DNA of 47,136 nucleotides from Pseudomonas sp. (GTDB lineage Bacteria > Pseudomonadota > Gammaproteobacteria > Pseudomonadales > Pseudomonadaceae): contig NZ_JBOICG010000432.1 in NCBI RefSeq assembly GCF_050739995.1, forward strand, positions 1 to 47,136, given 5' to 3'. Each line of letters opens with the position of its first letter. Within the stretch, counting starts at the first letter, position 1. A model generated the notes under the pieces. That model worked only from the letters and a program-made list of their open reading frames with translations. It had not been told where the DNA came from and searched no databases. Positions 23,748 to 32,573 of the stretch are shown piece after piece. The position numbers and the translations under genes are program-made.

Positions 23748-23774
23748 TTATCGACTTGGGAGAGCCAGGCTTTA
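23748..23774 (-). promoter_or_regulatory. Sigma28 (FliA) promoter for cheV
   Basis: Minus strand TAAA-N15-GTCGATAA, one mismatch from TAAA-N15-GCCGATAA, about 40 nt upstream of cheV. Confidence 0.85.
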
Positions 23775-23799
23775 ACCGGATCTTGTGTTGAACTCGGTC

Positions 23800-23812
23800 A
23801 ATGTGGGAGGGG
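23800..23812 (+). repeat. Truncated REP remnant
   Basis: AATGTGGGAGGGG matches the start of the intact REPs at 24896 and 46582, then diverges. Confidence 0.45.
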
Positions 23813-23819
23813 ATTTATG

Positions 23820-24794
23820 TCAGCCCTTCCAGACTTGCGGATTCACCAGATCCTGCGGGCGCTCACCCAGCAATGCGCTACGCAGGTTGTCCAGGGCGCG
23901 GTTGGCCATGGCTTCGCGGGTTTCATGGGTCGCCGAGCCGATATGCGGCAGCGTCACGGCATTGCTCAGTTGGAACAGCGGCGATTCAGACAATGGCTCC
24001 TGCTCATACACATCGAGGCCTGCACCGCGGATTTGCTGGTTTTGCAGGGCCTCGATCAGTGCCGGTTCATCGACCACGGGACCACGGGAAATATTGATCA
24101 GGATCGCGCTGGACTTCATCAGCCCCAACTCCCGCGTGCTGATCAGGTGACGGGTTTTCTCGCTCAACGGCACTACCAGGCACACAAAATCCGCCTCGGC
24201 CAGCAGTTCATCCAGGCTGCGGAACTGCGCGCCCAGCTCTTGTTCGAGTGCAGTCTTGCGGCTATTGCCGCTGTACAGGATCGGCATGTTGAAGCCTAGC
24301 CGCCCACGTCGGGCCACGGCCGCGCCGATATTGCCCATGCCGACGATACCCAGGGTCTTGCCGTGTACGTCGCAACCAAACAACGGTGCGCCGACACTGG
24401 CTTTCCACTGACCGGCCTTGGTCCAGGCGTCCAGCTCGGCCACACGGCGCGCGCTGCTCATCAGCAGGGCGAAAGCCAGGTCGGCGGTGCTTTCGGTGAG
24501 CACATCGGGGGTGTTGGTGAGCATGATCCCGCGTTCGTTGAAGTACGGCACGTCGTAGTTGTCGTAGCCCACCGAGACACTGGACACCACTTCCAACTTG
24601 CTCGCGCCTTCGAGCTGCGCACGGCCCAGCTTGCGGCCCACACCGATCAGACCGTGGGCGTGGGGCAGGGCTTCATTGAATTGAGCGTTGATGTCCCCAC
24701 GCTTGGGGTCGGGCACGATCACCTCGAACTCTTGCTGCAGGCGTTCGATCATGGGCGCAGTGATACGGCTGAAGGCGAGGACAGTCTTTTTCAT
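23820..24794 (-). CDS. ghrB: D-2-hydroxyacid dehydrogenase (GhrB/2-ketogluconate reductase-like)
   Basis: SVGYDNYD, GKTLGIVGMGNIG Rossmann motif, INISRGPVVDE, GLDVYEQEP, LPHIGSAT; start could be 24809. Confidence 0.85.
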   Translation of the reverse strand: MKKTVLAFSRITAPMIERLQQEFEVIVPDPKRGDINAQFNEALPHAHGLIGVGRKLGRAQLEGASKLEVVSSVSVGYDNYDVPYFNERGIMLTNTPDVLTESTADLAFALLMSSARRVAELDAWTKAGQWKASVGAPLFGCDVHGKTLGIVGMGNIGAAVARRGRLGFNMPILYSGNSRKTALEQELGAQFRSLDELLAEADFVCLVVPLSEKTRHLISTRELGLMKSSAILINISRGPVVDEPALIEALQNQQIRGAGLDVYEQEPLSESPLFQLSNAVTLPHIGSATHETREAMANRALDNLRSALLGERPQDLVNPQVWKG

Positions 24795-24895
24795 TGCAGG
24801 CGGGCTCATCGACTACGGGAGAATGCCAAGCACGCTAACATTCCTGGGTACGATTGTCAGGACACCACAGAATCAATGTGTACACAGTTCAAAAG

Positions 24896-24983
24896 GTGGG
24901 AGGGGGCTTGCTCCCGATGGCGGTGTATCAGTCACCAGATATATTGACTGACCCACTGCTATCGGGGGCAAGCCCCCTCCCAC
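24896..24983. repeat. REP doublet (REPIN)
   Basis: GTGGGAGGGGGCTTGC and its reverse complement GCAAGCCCCCTCCCAC flank a partly self-complementary spacer. Confidence 0.92.
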
Positions 24984-24993
24984 ATTTGAAAGA

Positions 24994-25962
24994 TCAATTC
25001 ACCAGACGAGCCGTGCCCAGGCCACCTGTCAGCTCATACGCCGCGAGCTCTGCCTGATGCGCCGCCAGAATCTCCGGCAGCGAGCCGCGCAGGTATTCCA
25101 CCCAGGTCTTGATCTTCGCATCCAGGTATTGGCGCGAAGGGTAGATGGCGTACAGGTTCAGCTCTTGCGAGCGGTAGGTCGGCATCACCCGCACCAACGT
25201 GCCGTTGCGCAGGCCTTCGATGGCGGCGTACACCGGCAGCAGGCCGACGCCCATGCCGCTGGTGATTGCGGTTTTCATCGCATCGGCCGAGTTCACCAGG
25301 AACGGCGAGGTGTTGATCGCCACGCTCTCCTGGCCTTCGGGGCCGTTGAAAGTCCATTTATCCAGTTGAACCACCGGGCTGACCAGGCGCAGGCACGCAT
25401 GGTTGAGCAAATCCTGTGGACGCTGCGCGCAACCCTTGGCCTTGACGTAATCCGGCGAGGCGCACGCGATGCTGTAGGTGATGCCCAGGCGTTGGGACAC
25501 GAAACCCGAATCCGGCAGCTCGCTGGCCAGCACGATCGACACGTCATAACCCTCATCGAGCAAGTCCGGCACACGGTTGGCCAGAGTCAGGTCGAAGGTT
25601 ACGTCGGGGTGGGTACGGCGGTAGCGGGCAATCGCATCAATCACGAAATGCTGGCCGATGCCGGTCATGGTGTGCACTTTCAGCTGCCCGGCGGGACGCG
25701 CGTGGGCGTCACTGGCTTCGGCCTCGGCTTCCTCGACATACGCGAGGATTTGCTCGCAGCGCAGCAAATAGCGCTTGCCGGCCTCGGTCAGTGCGATGCG
25801 GCGGGTGGTGCGGTTCAACAAGCGGGTTTGCAGATGGGCCTCAAGGTTGGAGACCGCGCGCGAGACGTTGGCAGTGGTCGTGTCCAGTTGCACGGCGGCG
25901 GCGGTGAAGCTGCCGGCTTCGGCCACACAACTGAAGGCGCGCATGTTTTGCAAAGTGTCCAT
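24994..25962 (-). CDS. LysR-family regulator (CrgA/AaeR-like), divergent from the efflux operon
   Basis: HTH FSCVAEAGSFTAAA..VSRAVSNLE..LLNRTTRRIALTEAG. Confidence 0.93.
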   Translation of the reverse strand: MDTLQNMRAFSCVAEAGSFTAAAVQLDTTTANVSRAVSNLEAHLQTRLLNRTTRRIALTEAGKRYLLRCEQILAYVEEAEAEASDAHARPAGQLKVHTMTGIGQHFVIDAIARYRRTHPDVTFDLTLANRVPDLLDEGYDVSIVLASELPDSGFVSQRLGITYSIACASPDYVKAKGCAQRPQDLLNHACLRLVSPVVQLDKWTFNGPEGQESVAINTSPFLVNSADAMKTAITSGMGVGLLPVYAAIEGLRNGTLVRVMPTYRSQELNLYAIYPSRQYLDAKIKTWVEYLRGSLPEILAAHQAELAAYELTGGLGTARLVN

Positions 25963-26144
25963 GGAGTGTTCTCAAGGGAGATAACAAATTGTGACAGAAA
26001 GTTACGCCGTCCAGTGATCCCTACCAACGGATTATCGCCTGAACGGTAACAAAGATTCACAGGAATGCCAGCTTATCGTTGCCCATGCCGCCGCCTAGAA
26101 TTGCGCCACTTTCCCCGCTCCACCCTCTCAGGAATTCGCTTGCC

Positions 26145-27680
26145 GTGCCGCTTTGCATCAGCAGAGAGCTGAAGACTCTCATTAACAGAGGGCTGAAGGC
26201 TCTCAGTGTTTGTGCCTTATCGTTAGCAATCAGCGGCTGCATCGGAACCGGAGGAATCGCCCCACAAGGCCAGGCCCTCGACGCCAATACCCTAGCCACC
26301 GACGAAGCCATCCAGAGCGCCGCCCAGGACGCCCACTGGCCCACAGCCCATTGGTGGCAGGCCTACGGCGATCCGCAACTGAATCGCTGGGTCGAACTCG
26401 CCACGCAAAACAGCCCAAGCATGGCCATGGCCGCCGCACGGGTGCGTGAAGCGCGGGCCATGGCGGGGGTTGCCGAGTCGGCCGAGTCGTTGCAGATCAA
26501 CAGCGACACCACCCTCAAACGTCACAACTGGCCCAAGGATCAGTTCTACGGCCCGGGAGAATTGAGCGGCGCGAACACCTGGGACAACAATTCCACCCTG
26601 GGCCTGAGCTATGCCCTCGACCTGTGGGGCCGCGAAAGCAACGCCACCGAACGGGCCGTCGACCTGGCCCACATGAGCGTCGCCGAAGCGCGCCAAGCCC
26701 AGCTCGAATTGCAGAACAACGTGGTGCGCGCCTATATCCAGCTGTCGCTGCACTACGCCAGCCGCGATATCGTCGCCGCCACCCTGGCCCAGCAACAGCA
26801 GATCCTCGACCTGGCCAACAAACGCCTGGACGCCGGGATCGGCACGCATTTCGACGTCAGCCAGGCCGAGACCCCATTGCCGGAAACCCACCGCCAATTG
26901 GACGCCCTCGACGAAGAAATCGCCCTGAGCCGCAACCAGTTGGCGGCATTGGCGGGCAAAGGCCCGGGGGAAGGCGCGACGTTGCAGCGCCCGACGCTGT
27001 CCCTCGCCGCTGCGCTGAAGCTGCCTTCCAGCCTGCCTGCGCAATTGCTCGGCCAGCGCCCCGACGTGGTCGCCAGCCGTTGGCAGGTGGCGGCCCAGGC
27101 CCGTGGTATCGATGTGGCCCATGCCGGCTTCTACCCCAATGTCGACCTGGTCGGCAGCCTCGGCTATATGGCTACCGGCGGCACTATGCTCGGTTTTCTC
27201 AGCGGCCAGAAATTCAACTACAACGTCGGCCCGGCGATCAACTTGCCGATCTTCGACGGTGGCCGGCTGCGGGGGCAATTGGGCGAGGCGAGTGCCGGGT
27301 ATGACATCGCCGTGGCCAAGTACAACCAGACCCTGGTCAACGCGCTCAAGGGCATCAGCGACCAACTGATCCGCCGCGAGTCCATGGACAAGCAGTCGGC
27401 CTTCGCCGCGCAGTCGGTGGCTTCGGCACAGAAAACCTATGACATCGCGATGATCGCCTATCAACGCGGCCTCACCGATTACCTCAACGTGCTGAACGCC
27501 CAGACCCTGCTGTTCCGCCAGGAACAGGTCGAGCAGCAGGTGCAGGCCGCACGCTTGAGCGCCCACGCCGAGCTGGTGACGGCCCTGGGTGGCGGCATCC
27601 AGGCCGGCGACGATGTGCCACAAGCGGCCAAGACCCTCCCGAGCAAGACCCCGGCGGCACTCGCCGTGTTTGATCACTGA
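26145..27680 (+). CDS. Outer-membrane efflux lipoprotein (NodT/OprM family)
   Basis: Lipobox LAISGC, WWQAYGDPQLN, LDLWG, LLGQRPDV, PIFDGG, LVTALGGG; GTG start chosen at 26145. Confidence 0.9.
   Translation: MPLCISRELKTLINRGLKALSVCALSLAISGCIGTGGIAPQGQALDANTLATDEAIQSAAQDAHWPTAHWWQAYGDPQLNRWVELATQNSPSMAMAAARVREARAMAGVAESAESLQINSDTTLKRHNWPKDQFYGPGELSGANTWDNNSTLGLSYALDLWGRESNATERAVDLAHMSVAEARQAQLELQNNVVRAYIQLSLHYASRDIVAATLAQQQQILDLANKRLDAGIGTHFDVSQAETPLPETHRQLDALDEEIALSRNQLAALAGKGPGEGATLQRPTLSLAAALKLPSSLPAQLLGQRPDVVASRWQVAAQARGIDVAHAGFYPNVDLVGSLGYMATGGTMLGFLSGQKFNYNVGPAINLPIFDGGRLRGQLGEASAGYDIAVAKYNQTLVNALKGISDQLIRRESMDKQSAFAAQSVASAQKTYDIAMIAYQRGLTDYLNVLNAQTLLFRQEQVEQQVQAARLSAHAELVTALGGGIQAGDDVPQAAKTLPSKTPAALAVFDH
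26157..26204 (+). repeat. Degenerate 24-nt in-frame tandem duplication in the signal-peptide region
   Basis: ATCAGCAGAGAGCTGAAGACTCTC followed by ATTAACAGAGGGCTGAAGGCTCTC (20/24 identical; ISRELKTL/INRGLKAL). Confidence 0.8.
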
Positions 27681-27690
27681 GTAGGATTTG

Positions 27691-29868
27691 ATGACTCCCT
27701 TGCCTGCACCGCTGCGCTGGCTGCATTCCCTTGAGTGGCGCCGTGGCTTTTTCGACTGGTCACGCAGTGACGGCGTGACCTGGGTCTACATCTTCAAGGT
27801 GCTGATCGCCGCGTTCCTCACGTTATGGCTGGCCATGCGCCTGGAATTGCCACAACCGCGTACGGCGATGATCACGGTGTTCATCGTGATGCAACCGCAA
27901 AGCGGCCAGGTGTTTGCCAAGAGCTTCTACCGTTTCCTCGGCACCCTGGCGGGCTCGGCGGTGATGGTGTTCCTGATCGCCCTGTTTGCGCAGAACACCG
28001 AGCTGTTCCTCGGTGCCCTGGCGATCTGGGTCGGTATTTGCACCGCTGGCGCGACCCGTAACCGCAACTTCCGCGCCTATGGTTTTGTGCTGGCCGGCTA
28101 CACGGCGGCGATGGTCGGTTTGCCCGCGCTGGCCCATCCGGACGGTGCCTTCATGGCGGCGGTGTGGCGCGTGCTGGAAATCTCCCTGGGGATTCTGTGC
28201 TCCACGCTGGTCAGCGCGGCGATCCTGCCGCAGACCTCCAGTGCAGCCATGCGCAACGCGCTGTACCAACGCTTTGGCGTGTTCGCGCTGTTCGTCACCG
28301 ATGGCCTGCGTGGGCGCAGCCAGCGCGAAGGTTTCGAGGCCAGCAACGTGCGTTTCATCGCCGAAGCCGTGGGCCTGGAAGGCTTGCGCAGCGTCACCGT
28401 GTTCGAAGACCCGCATATGCGGCGGCGCAATGGCCGGCTCAGTCGCCTCAACAGCGAGTTCATGAGCATCACCACGCGCTTCAATGCCTTGCATCAATTG
28501 CTGGAGCGACTGCGCACGGATGAAGCGGATCACGTCGTCGCGGCGATCAAACCCGGGCTGCAGGATCTTGCCGAAGTGCTCGACGGTTTCTCCGGTCGTG
28601 CCCTCACCAGTCCTGATGCGGCGCGGCTGGTGAGTCAACTCAGCGCCTACAAAGACAGCTTGCCCGCCAAGGTGCGCGCCTTGCGAGCAGTCTTTCAGGA
28701 GGAAGACCCAAGCGACGCCGAGCAGTTGGATTTCCACACCGCCTACGAGTTGCTGTATCGCTTCGTCGACGACTTGCACAACTACGCGCTGACCCACGCT
28801 TCCCTGGCAGACCATAGTCACGCACGGGAAGACTGGGACGAGCCCTACACGCCGAAAACCAACTGGCTGGCCTGCGCCGCCTCGGGGATTCGCGCGTCGT
28901 TCATCCTGATCGTGCTGGGCAGTTACTGGGTGGCCACTGCCTGGCCCAGCGGTGCGACGATGACCCTGATCGCCGCTGCCACCGTTGGCCTGTCTGCCGC
29001 CACGCCCAACCCGAAACGCATGGCCTTTCAAATGGCTTGCGGCACCTTGATCGGCGCGTTGGTGGGCTTCGTCGAGATGTTTTTCGTGTTCCCATGGATC
29101 GACGGGTTCCCGCTGTTATGCGTGATGCTCGCGCCGGTGATCATCTTCGGTGCGTTCCTCGCTTCACGCCCGCAGTACGCTGGTGTCGGCGTGGGTTTGC
29201 TGATCTTCTTCAGCACCGGTTCGGTGCCGGACAACCTGACGATCTACAACCCCTACACCTTTATCAACGACTACATCGCCATGGTCATCGGCATGCTGGT
29301 CTGCGCGGCGGCGGGGGCGATTATCCTGCCGCCCAACAGCCGCTGGCTGTGGCGCCGCCTGGAGCAGGACCTGCGCGAGCAGGTGGTGTATGCCATCAGT
29401 GGCAAGCTCAAGGGCTTGGCGTCGAGCTTTGAAAGCCGCACCCGTGATTTACTGCACCAAGCCTACGGCCTGGCCGCAGGCCAGCCGCAAGTACAGCGCG
29501 ACCTGCTGCGCTGGATGTTCGTGGTACTGGAAGTCGGCCACGCGATCATCGAACTGCGCAAGGAACAGGCGATCTTGCCGGTGCACCCGGCGTACGCCGA
29601 ATCCCAACCGTGGCGCCAAGCGATCCGCGTGATGGGGCGCTCGCTGGTGCGGTTGTTCCTGCAACCCAGCGCGAGCAACCTGGAGCGCGGCCTGATCGCC
29701 GTCGACCATGCCATCAGCCGCGTGCAGGCCACCGACGAACCCTTCGCCCCGCACTTCGACACCTCGGCCCTGCGCCGGGTGAAAAGCTACCTGCACTTTA
29801 TCCGCACTTCGTTGCTGGACCCGCAATCGCCACTCGCTGCCTTCAAAGGAGCTGCGCATGCCCCGTGA
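27691..29868 (+). CDS. FUSC-family (fusaric acid resistance/AaeB-like) inner-membrane efflux protein
   Basis: LELPQPRTAMITVFIVMQP, KSFYRFLGT, AYGFVLAGYTA; two hydrophobic blocks. Confidence 0.9.
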   Translation: MTPLPAPLRWLHSLEWRRGFFDWSRSDGVTWVYIFKVLIAAFLTLWLAMRLELPQPRTAMITVFIVMQPQSGQVFAKSFYRFLGTLAGSAVMVFLIALFAQNTELFLGALAIWVGICTAGATRNRNFRAYGFVLAGYTAAMVGLPALAHPDGAFMAAVWRVLEISLGILCSTLVSAAILPQTSSAAMRNALYQRFGVFALFVTDGLRGRSQREGFEASNVRFIAEAVGLEGLRSVTVFEDPHMRRRNGRLSRLNSEFMSITTRFNALHQLLERLRTDEADHVVAAIKPGLQDLAEVLDGFSGRALTSPDAARLVSQLSAYKDSLPAKVRALRAVFQEEDPSDAEQLDFHTAYELLYRFVDDLHNYALTHASLADHSHAREDWDEPYTPKTNWLACAASGIRASFILIVLGSYWVATAWPSGATMTLIAAATVGLSAATPNPKRMAFQMACGTLIGALVGFVEMFFVFPWIDGFPLLCVMLAPVIIFGAFLASRPQYAGVGVGLLIFFSTGSVPDNLTIYNPYTFINDYIAMVIGMLVCAAAGAIILPPNSRWLWRRLEQDLREQVVYAISGKLKGLASSFESRTRDLLHQAYGLAAGQPQVQRDLLRWMFVVLEVGHAIIELRKEQAILPVHPAYAESQPWRQAIRVMGRSLVRLFLQPSASNLERGLIAVDHAISRVQATDEPFAPHFDTSALRRVKSYLHFIRTSLLDPQSPLAAFKGAAHAP

Positions 29869-30058
29869 AATCGCGTTCCACGGCATCTACATGCCGACCA
29901 TGACCCTGATGTTTCTGATCGCGGCGGGGCTGGCCTGGGGCGTGGACCGCTTCCTGGCCGGGTTCGACCTGTACCGTTTTTTCTGGCACCCGGCGTTGCT
30001 GCGCCTGAGCCTGTTCGTTTGCCTGTTCGGCGCCCTGGCGCTGACCGTCTACCGTTGA
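29858..30058 (+). CDS. DUF1656/AaeX-like small membrane protein
   Basis: MPREIAFHGIYMP and FFWHPALLRLSLF; typical position between FUSC and HlyD genes. Confidence 0.88.
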   Translation: MPREIAFHGIYMPTMTLMFLIAAGLAWGVDRFLAGFDLYRFFWHPALLRLSLFVCLFGALALTVYR

Positions 30059-30068
30059 GAATGCCCCG

Positions 30069-30929
30069 ATGAAAAAGTTTTTCAGCCTGCTCGCCACCTT
30101 GTTGGTACTGGCCTTGGCGATCTGGATTGGCCGCACGTTGTGGGTGCATTACATGGAAACCCCGTGGACCCGCGACGGGCGCGTGCGCGCCGATATCATC
30201 AACGTCGCCGCCGACGTGACCGGGGAAGTGGTCGACGTGCCGGTGCGTGACAACCAGTTGGTTAAAAAGGGCGACCTGCTGATGCAGATCGACCCCGAGC
30301 ACTACCGCATTGCGGTCAAGCAGGCGCAATCGCTGGTGGCTTCACGCAAAGCCACCTGGGAGATGCGCAAGGTCAACGCCCATCGCCGGGCTGACCTGGA
30401 TGCGCTGGTGATCTCCAAGGAAAACCGTGACGACGCCAGCAACATCGCCGACTCGGCGTTGGCGGATTACCAACACGCGCTGGCGCAATTGGAAGCGGCT
30501 GAACTGAATCTGAAACGCACGCAAGTGGTCGCGGCGGTCGACGGTTATGTCACCAACCTCAATGTGCATCGCGGCGACTACGCACGCATCGGCGAAGCCA
30601 AGATGGCCGTGGTGGATATGAACTCGTTCTGGGTATATGGCTTCTTCGAAGAAACCAAGCTGCCCCACGTCAAAGTCGGTGACAAAGCCGATATGCAGTT
30701 GATGAGTGGCGAGACGCTCAAGGGCCACGTGGAAAGCATCTCGCGGGGCATCTATGACCGTGACAACCCCGAAAGTCGCGAGTTGATTGCCGATGTGAAT
30801 CCGACCTTCAACTGGGTGCGTTTGGCCCAGCGGGTGCCGGTGCGGATTCATATCGATGAAGTGCCGGAGGGGGTGTTGCTGGCAGCGGGGATTACTTGCA
30901 CGGTAATCGTCAGTGCAGCGCAAAAATGA
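30069..30929 (+). CDS. HlyD-family membrane fusion protein (AaeA-like)
   Basis: PWTRDGRVRA, DNQLVKKGDLL, GFFEETKL, FNWVRLAQRVPVRI. Confidence 0.92.
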   Translation: MKKFFSLLATLLVLALAIWIGRTLWVHYMETPWTRDGRVRADIINVAADVTGEVVDVPVRDNQLVKKGDLLMQIDPEHYRIAVKQAQSLVASRKATWEMRKVNAHRRADLDALVISKENRDDASNIADSALADYQHALAQLEAAELNLKRTQVVAAVDGYVTNLNVHRGDYARIGEAKMAVVDMNSFWVYGFFEETKLPHVKVGDKADMQLMSGETLKGHVESISRGIYDRDNPESRELIADVNPTFNWVRLAQRVPVRIHIDEVPEGVLLAAGITCTVIVSAAQK

Positions 30930-30939
30930 AGAGGTGGGT

Positions 30940-31398
30940 CTAAGTAAATAGTGCTTTAAACCTGATTTTACGTCGGCGCTTTAGCCTAAGCATGCTGGTA
31001 TAGCGGCGGTGGTTCTTTGAGTTGAGGACCAGGATGTAAAGCAGGGATGTGAACAAAGGGAATAAGTTGAACAGCGTCGCCGGGTGACTGGCCAGGTAGC
31101 CAATCGCGAGCAAGGTATTAACGATGGCGACGGGTATGAGTATTCGAAAGGCGTGACGGAAGCCTTCAAATAACATTATCTGACCTGCGTAAAAAATCAG
31201 ACAAAGTGCCATACCGGTTCCGAAAGAAAACTCAGTCGGTAAATGATTGGCCTTTGTGTAATACGACAAGCTAAGTGTCATGTTGATAGCAATGTTGTTC
31301 AGGCTCAGCAGCAGAGCACTGCCCCATGACGGTAAGAATCGATAGGCGTAACGGCGCCAAATTCGATATTCACGGAAGGGGTCGACGCTATAAATCAT
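30940..31398 (-). CDS. Small polytopic membrane protein (about 4 TM, 152 aa), candidate immunity protein
   Basis: ATG at 31398 with GAGGAG RBS inside the upstream gene's last codons (11-nt overlap); hydrophobic segments and a basic tail LNSKNHRR..RLKRRRK; AT-rich. Confidence 0.7.
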   Translation of the reverse strand: MIYSVDPFREYRIWRRYAYRFLPSWGSALLLSLNNIAINMTLSLSYYTKANHLPTEFSFGTGMALCLIFYAGQIMLFEGFRHAFRILIPVAIVNTLLAIGYLASHPATLFNLFPLFTSLLYILVLNSKNHRRYTSMLRLKRRRKIRFKALFT

Positions 31399-32314
31399 AT
31401 TCGGAAAACTCCTCATACAGACCAATGACTATGTGATTGATATTTCCGGAATAGGTGCTGCCTCCAACGGCCAAGGTCGCTCCAACCTGGTCTTTTATTT
31501 GAGTGAGAATACCCAAACGCAATTGGGGGTTGCTGTAGCGTTTGGGTAGCTGCCCCGTCAGTTGCTTCAGGCGAATCATTTCGCGGGGATGACGAGGGTT
31601 CTGCAGTCGCAGTACTTCGGTCGTTAACTTTGCACGCTCCTGGCGACTCATGTGCCTCAAGATATCTGTCGAGTTACGCCCAGTCGCATGCTTGATGGCC
31701 ATTACTGTTTTGACAGTAGCGAAGGTGGTGGTACCCGCCCCGACCAATGAAATGCCATCCAGGGCGACGGTCATTGCCTGATACCAGCTTAGGTTGTCGT
31801 AATAGTTGTTTTTGGCGGGATTGGTCAAATCGTTGGCGACTCTCCATGAACCATTGACACACTGGAGGGCACTGGCAGTCGCAGCGCTATAGGCAACGTA
31901 GCTCAGTGCAAGACTGGCACCAGCGCTGAAAGGTACTGCTGCGACTCCTGATTTCGCAATGATGTAGCCTATTACTGCCCCTCCACAGGAGGCAGCCATT
32001 CCCGACGCGTCCCGCCACAGCTGGGATTCACGAGGCGAGCTTGCCGCCAGCTCCGCGTACTGATCGGCAGTCACCACCGGCCCCGTCAACTCCCGTAAAA
32101 TCACGCGCTTGGGCTCGATGCTGCATAGCGGTACAAACTCACGCAGAACCGTCACCCTGTAATCACTGCCGACATGCACCACGCCCGCGCCGACGATGGC
32201 GGGGTCGGCGTCAATGGTTCGATAGAGTTTGGGCAGGTCCAGCAGACTGGTCAGTCGCTGGCGAGTCGTGGTGTGCGCATCTGGCACACCGCTTCGCAGG
32301 AAATCGCTCGGCAT
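31388..32314 (-). CDS. Hypothetical 308-aa protein with a Gly/Ala-rich hydrophobic core, candidate membrane-targeting toxin/effector
   Basis: Uninterrupted ORF with atypical codon usage, no signal peptide, core GMAASCGGAVIGYIIAKSGVAAVPFSAGASLALSYVAYSAATASAL; coupled to the downstream membrane protein. Confidence 0.75.
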   Translation of the reverse strand: MPSDFLRSGVPDAHTTTRQRLTSLLDLPKLYRTIDADPAIVGAGVVHVGSDYRVTVLREFVPLCSIEPKRVILRELTGPVVTADQYAELAASSPRESQLWRDASGMAASCGGAVIGYIIAKSGVAAVPFSAGASLALSYVAYSAATASALQCVNGSWRVANDLTNPAKNNYYDNLSWYQAMTVALDGISLVGAGTTTFATVKTVMAIKHATGRNSTDILRHMSRQERAKLTTEVLRLQNPRHPREMIRLKQLTGQLPKRYSNPQLRLGILTQIKDQVGATLAVGGSTYSGNINHIVIGLYEEFSEYDL

Positions 32315-32458
32315 CCTTTCACCTGTGAGTAAACAGAAGTGAAAGAGCCTGAGGATTAGTTTCTTGTGTTGATGTCAGGTAATTCGCTATTTTTTGTAGG
32401 AGTCGGCCTGTCGGTTATTTCATTGTGCGAGAAAAGTCTCGTGCAGATGGCGCCACAG

Positions 32459-32529
32459 CTATGCGCACATCGGCGAAGCGAAAGTGGTCGTGGTGGATAT
32501 GAGCCTATGGCTTCTTCAAGGAAACCAAA
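32459..32529 (+). pseudogene. Decayed fragment of an AaeA-like HlyD gene (copy of 30578-30659)
   Basis: Manual alignment gives 38/46 identity, an 11-nt net deletion, then 21/24; reads YAHIGEAKVVVVDMS/YGFFKETK versus YARIGEAKMAVVDMN...YGFFEETK. Confidence 0.85.
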
Positions 32530-32573
32530 CACGCCTGCGCGTGCAAGTCACGCTGCCCGCTTATGAAAAATAC

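Noticed and set aside
26046..26060. T-N11-A LysR-like site (GTAACAAAGATTCAC) in the LysR/efflux intergenic region
   Set aside because: Plausible position, but the symmetry is too weak to distinguish from chance
32366..32566. 66-aa ORF between the two accessory cassettes
   Set aside because: Runs across a promoter region and the frameshifted HlyD relic; no RBS or coherent coding signal
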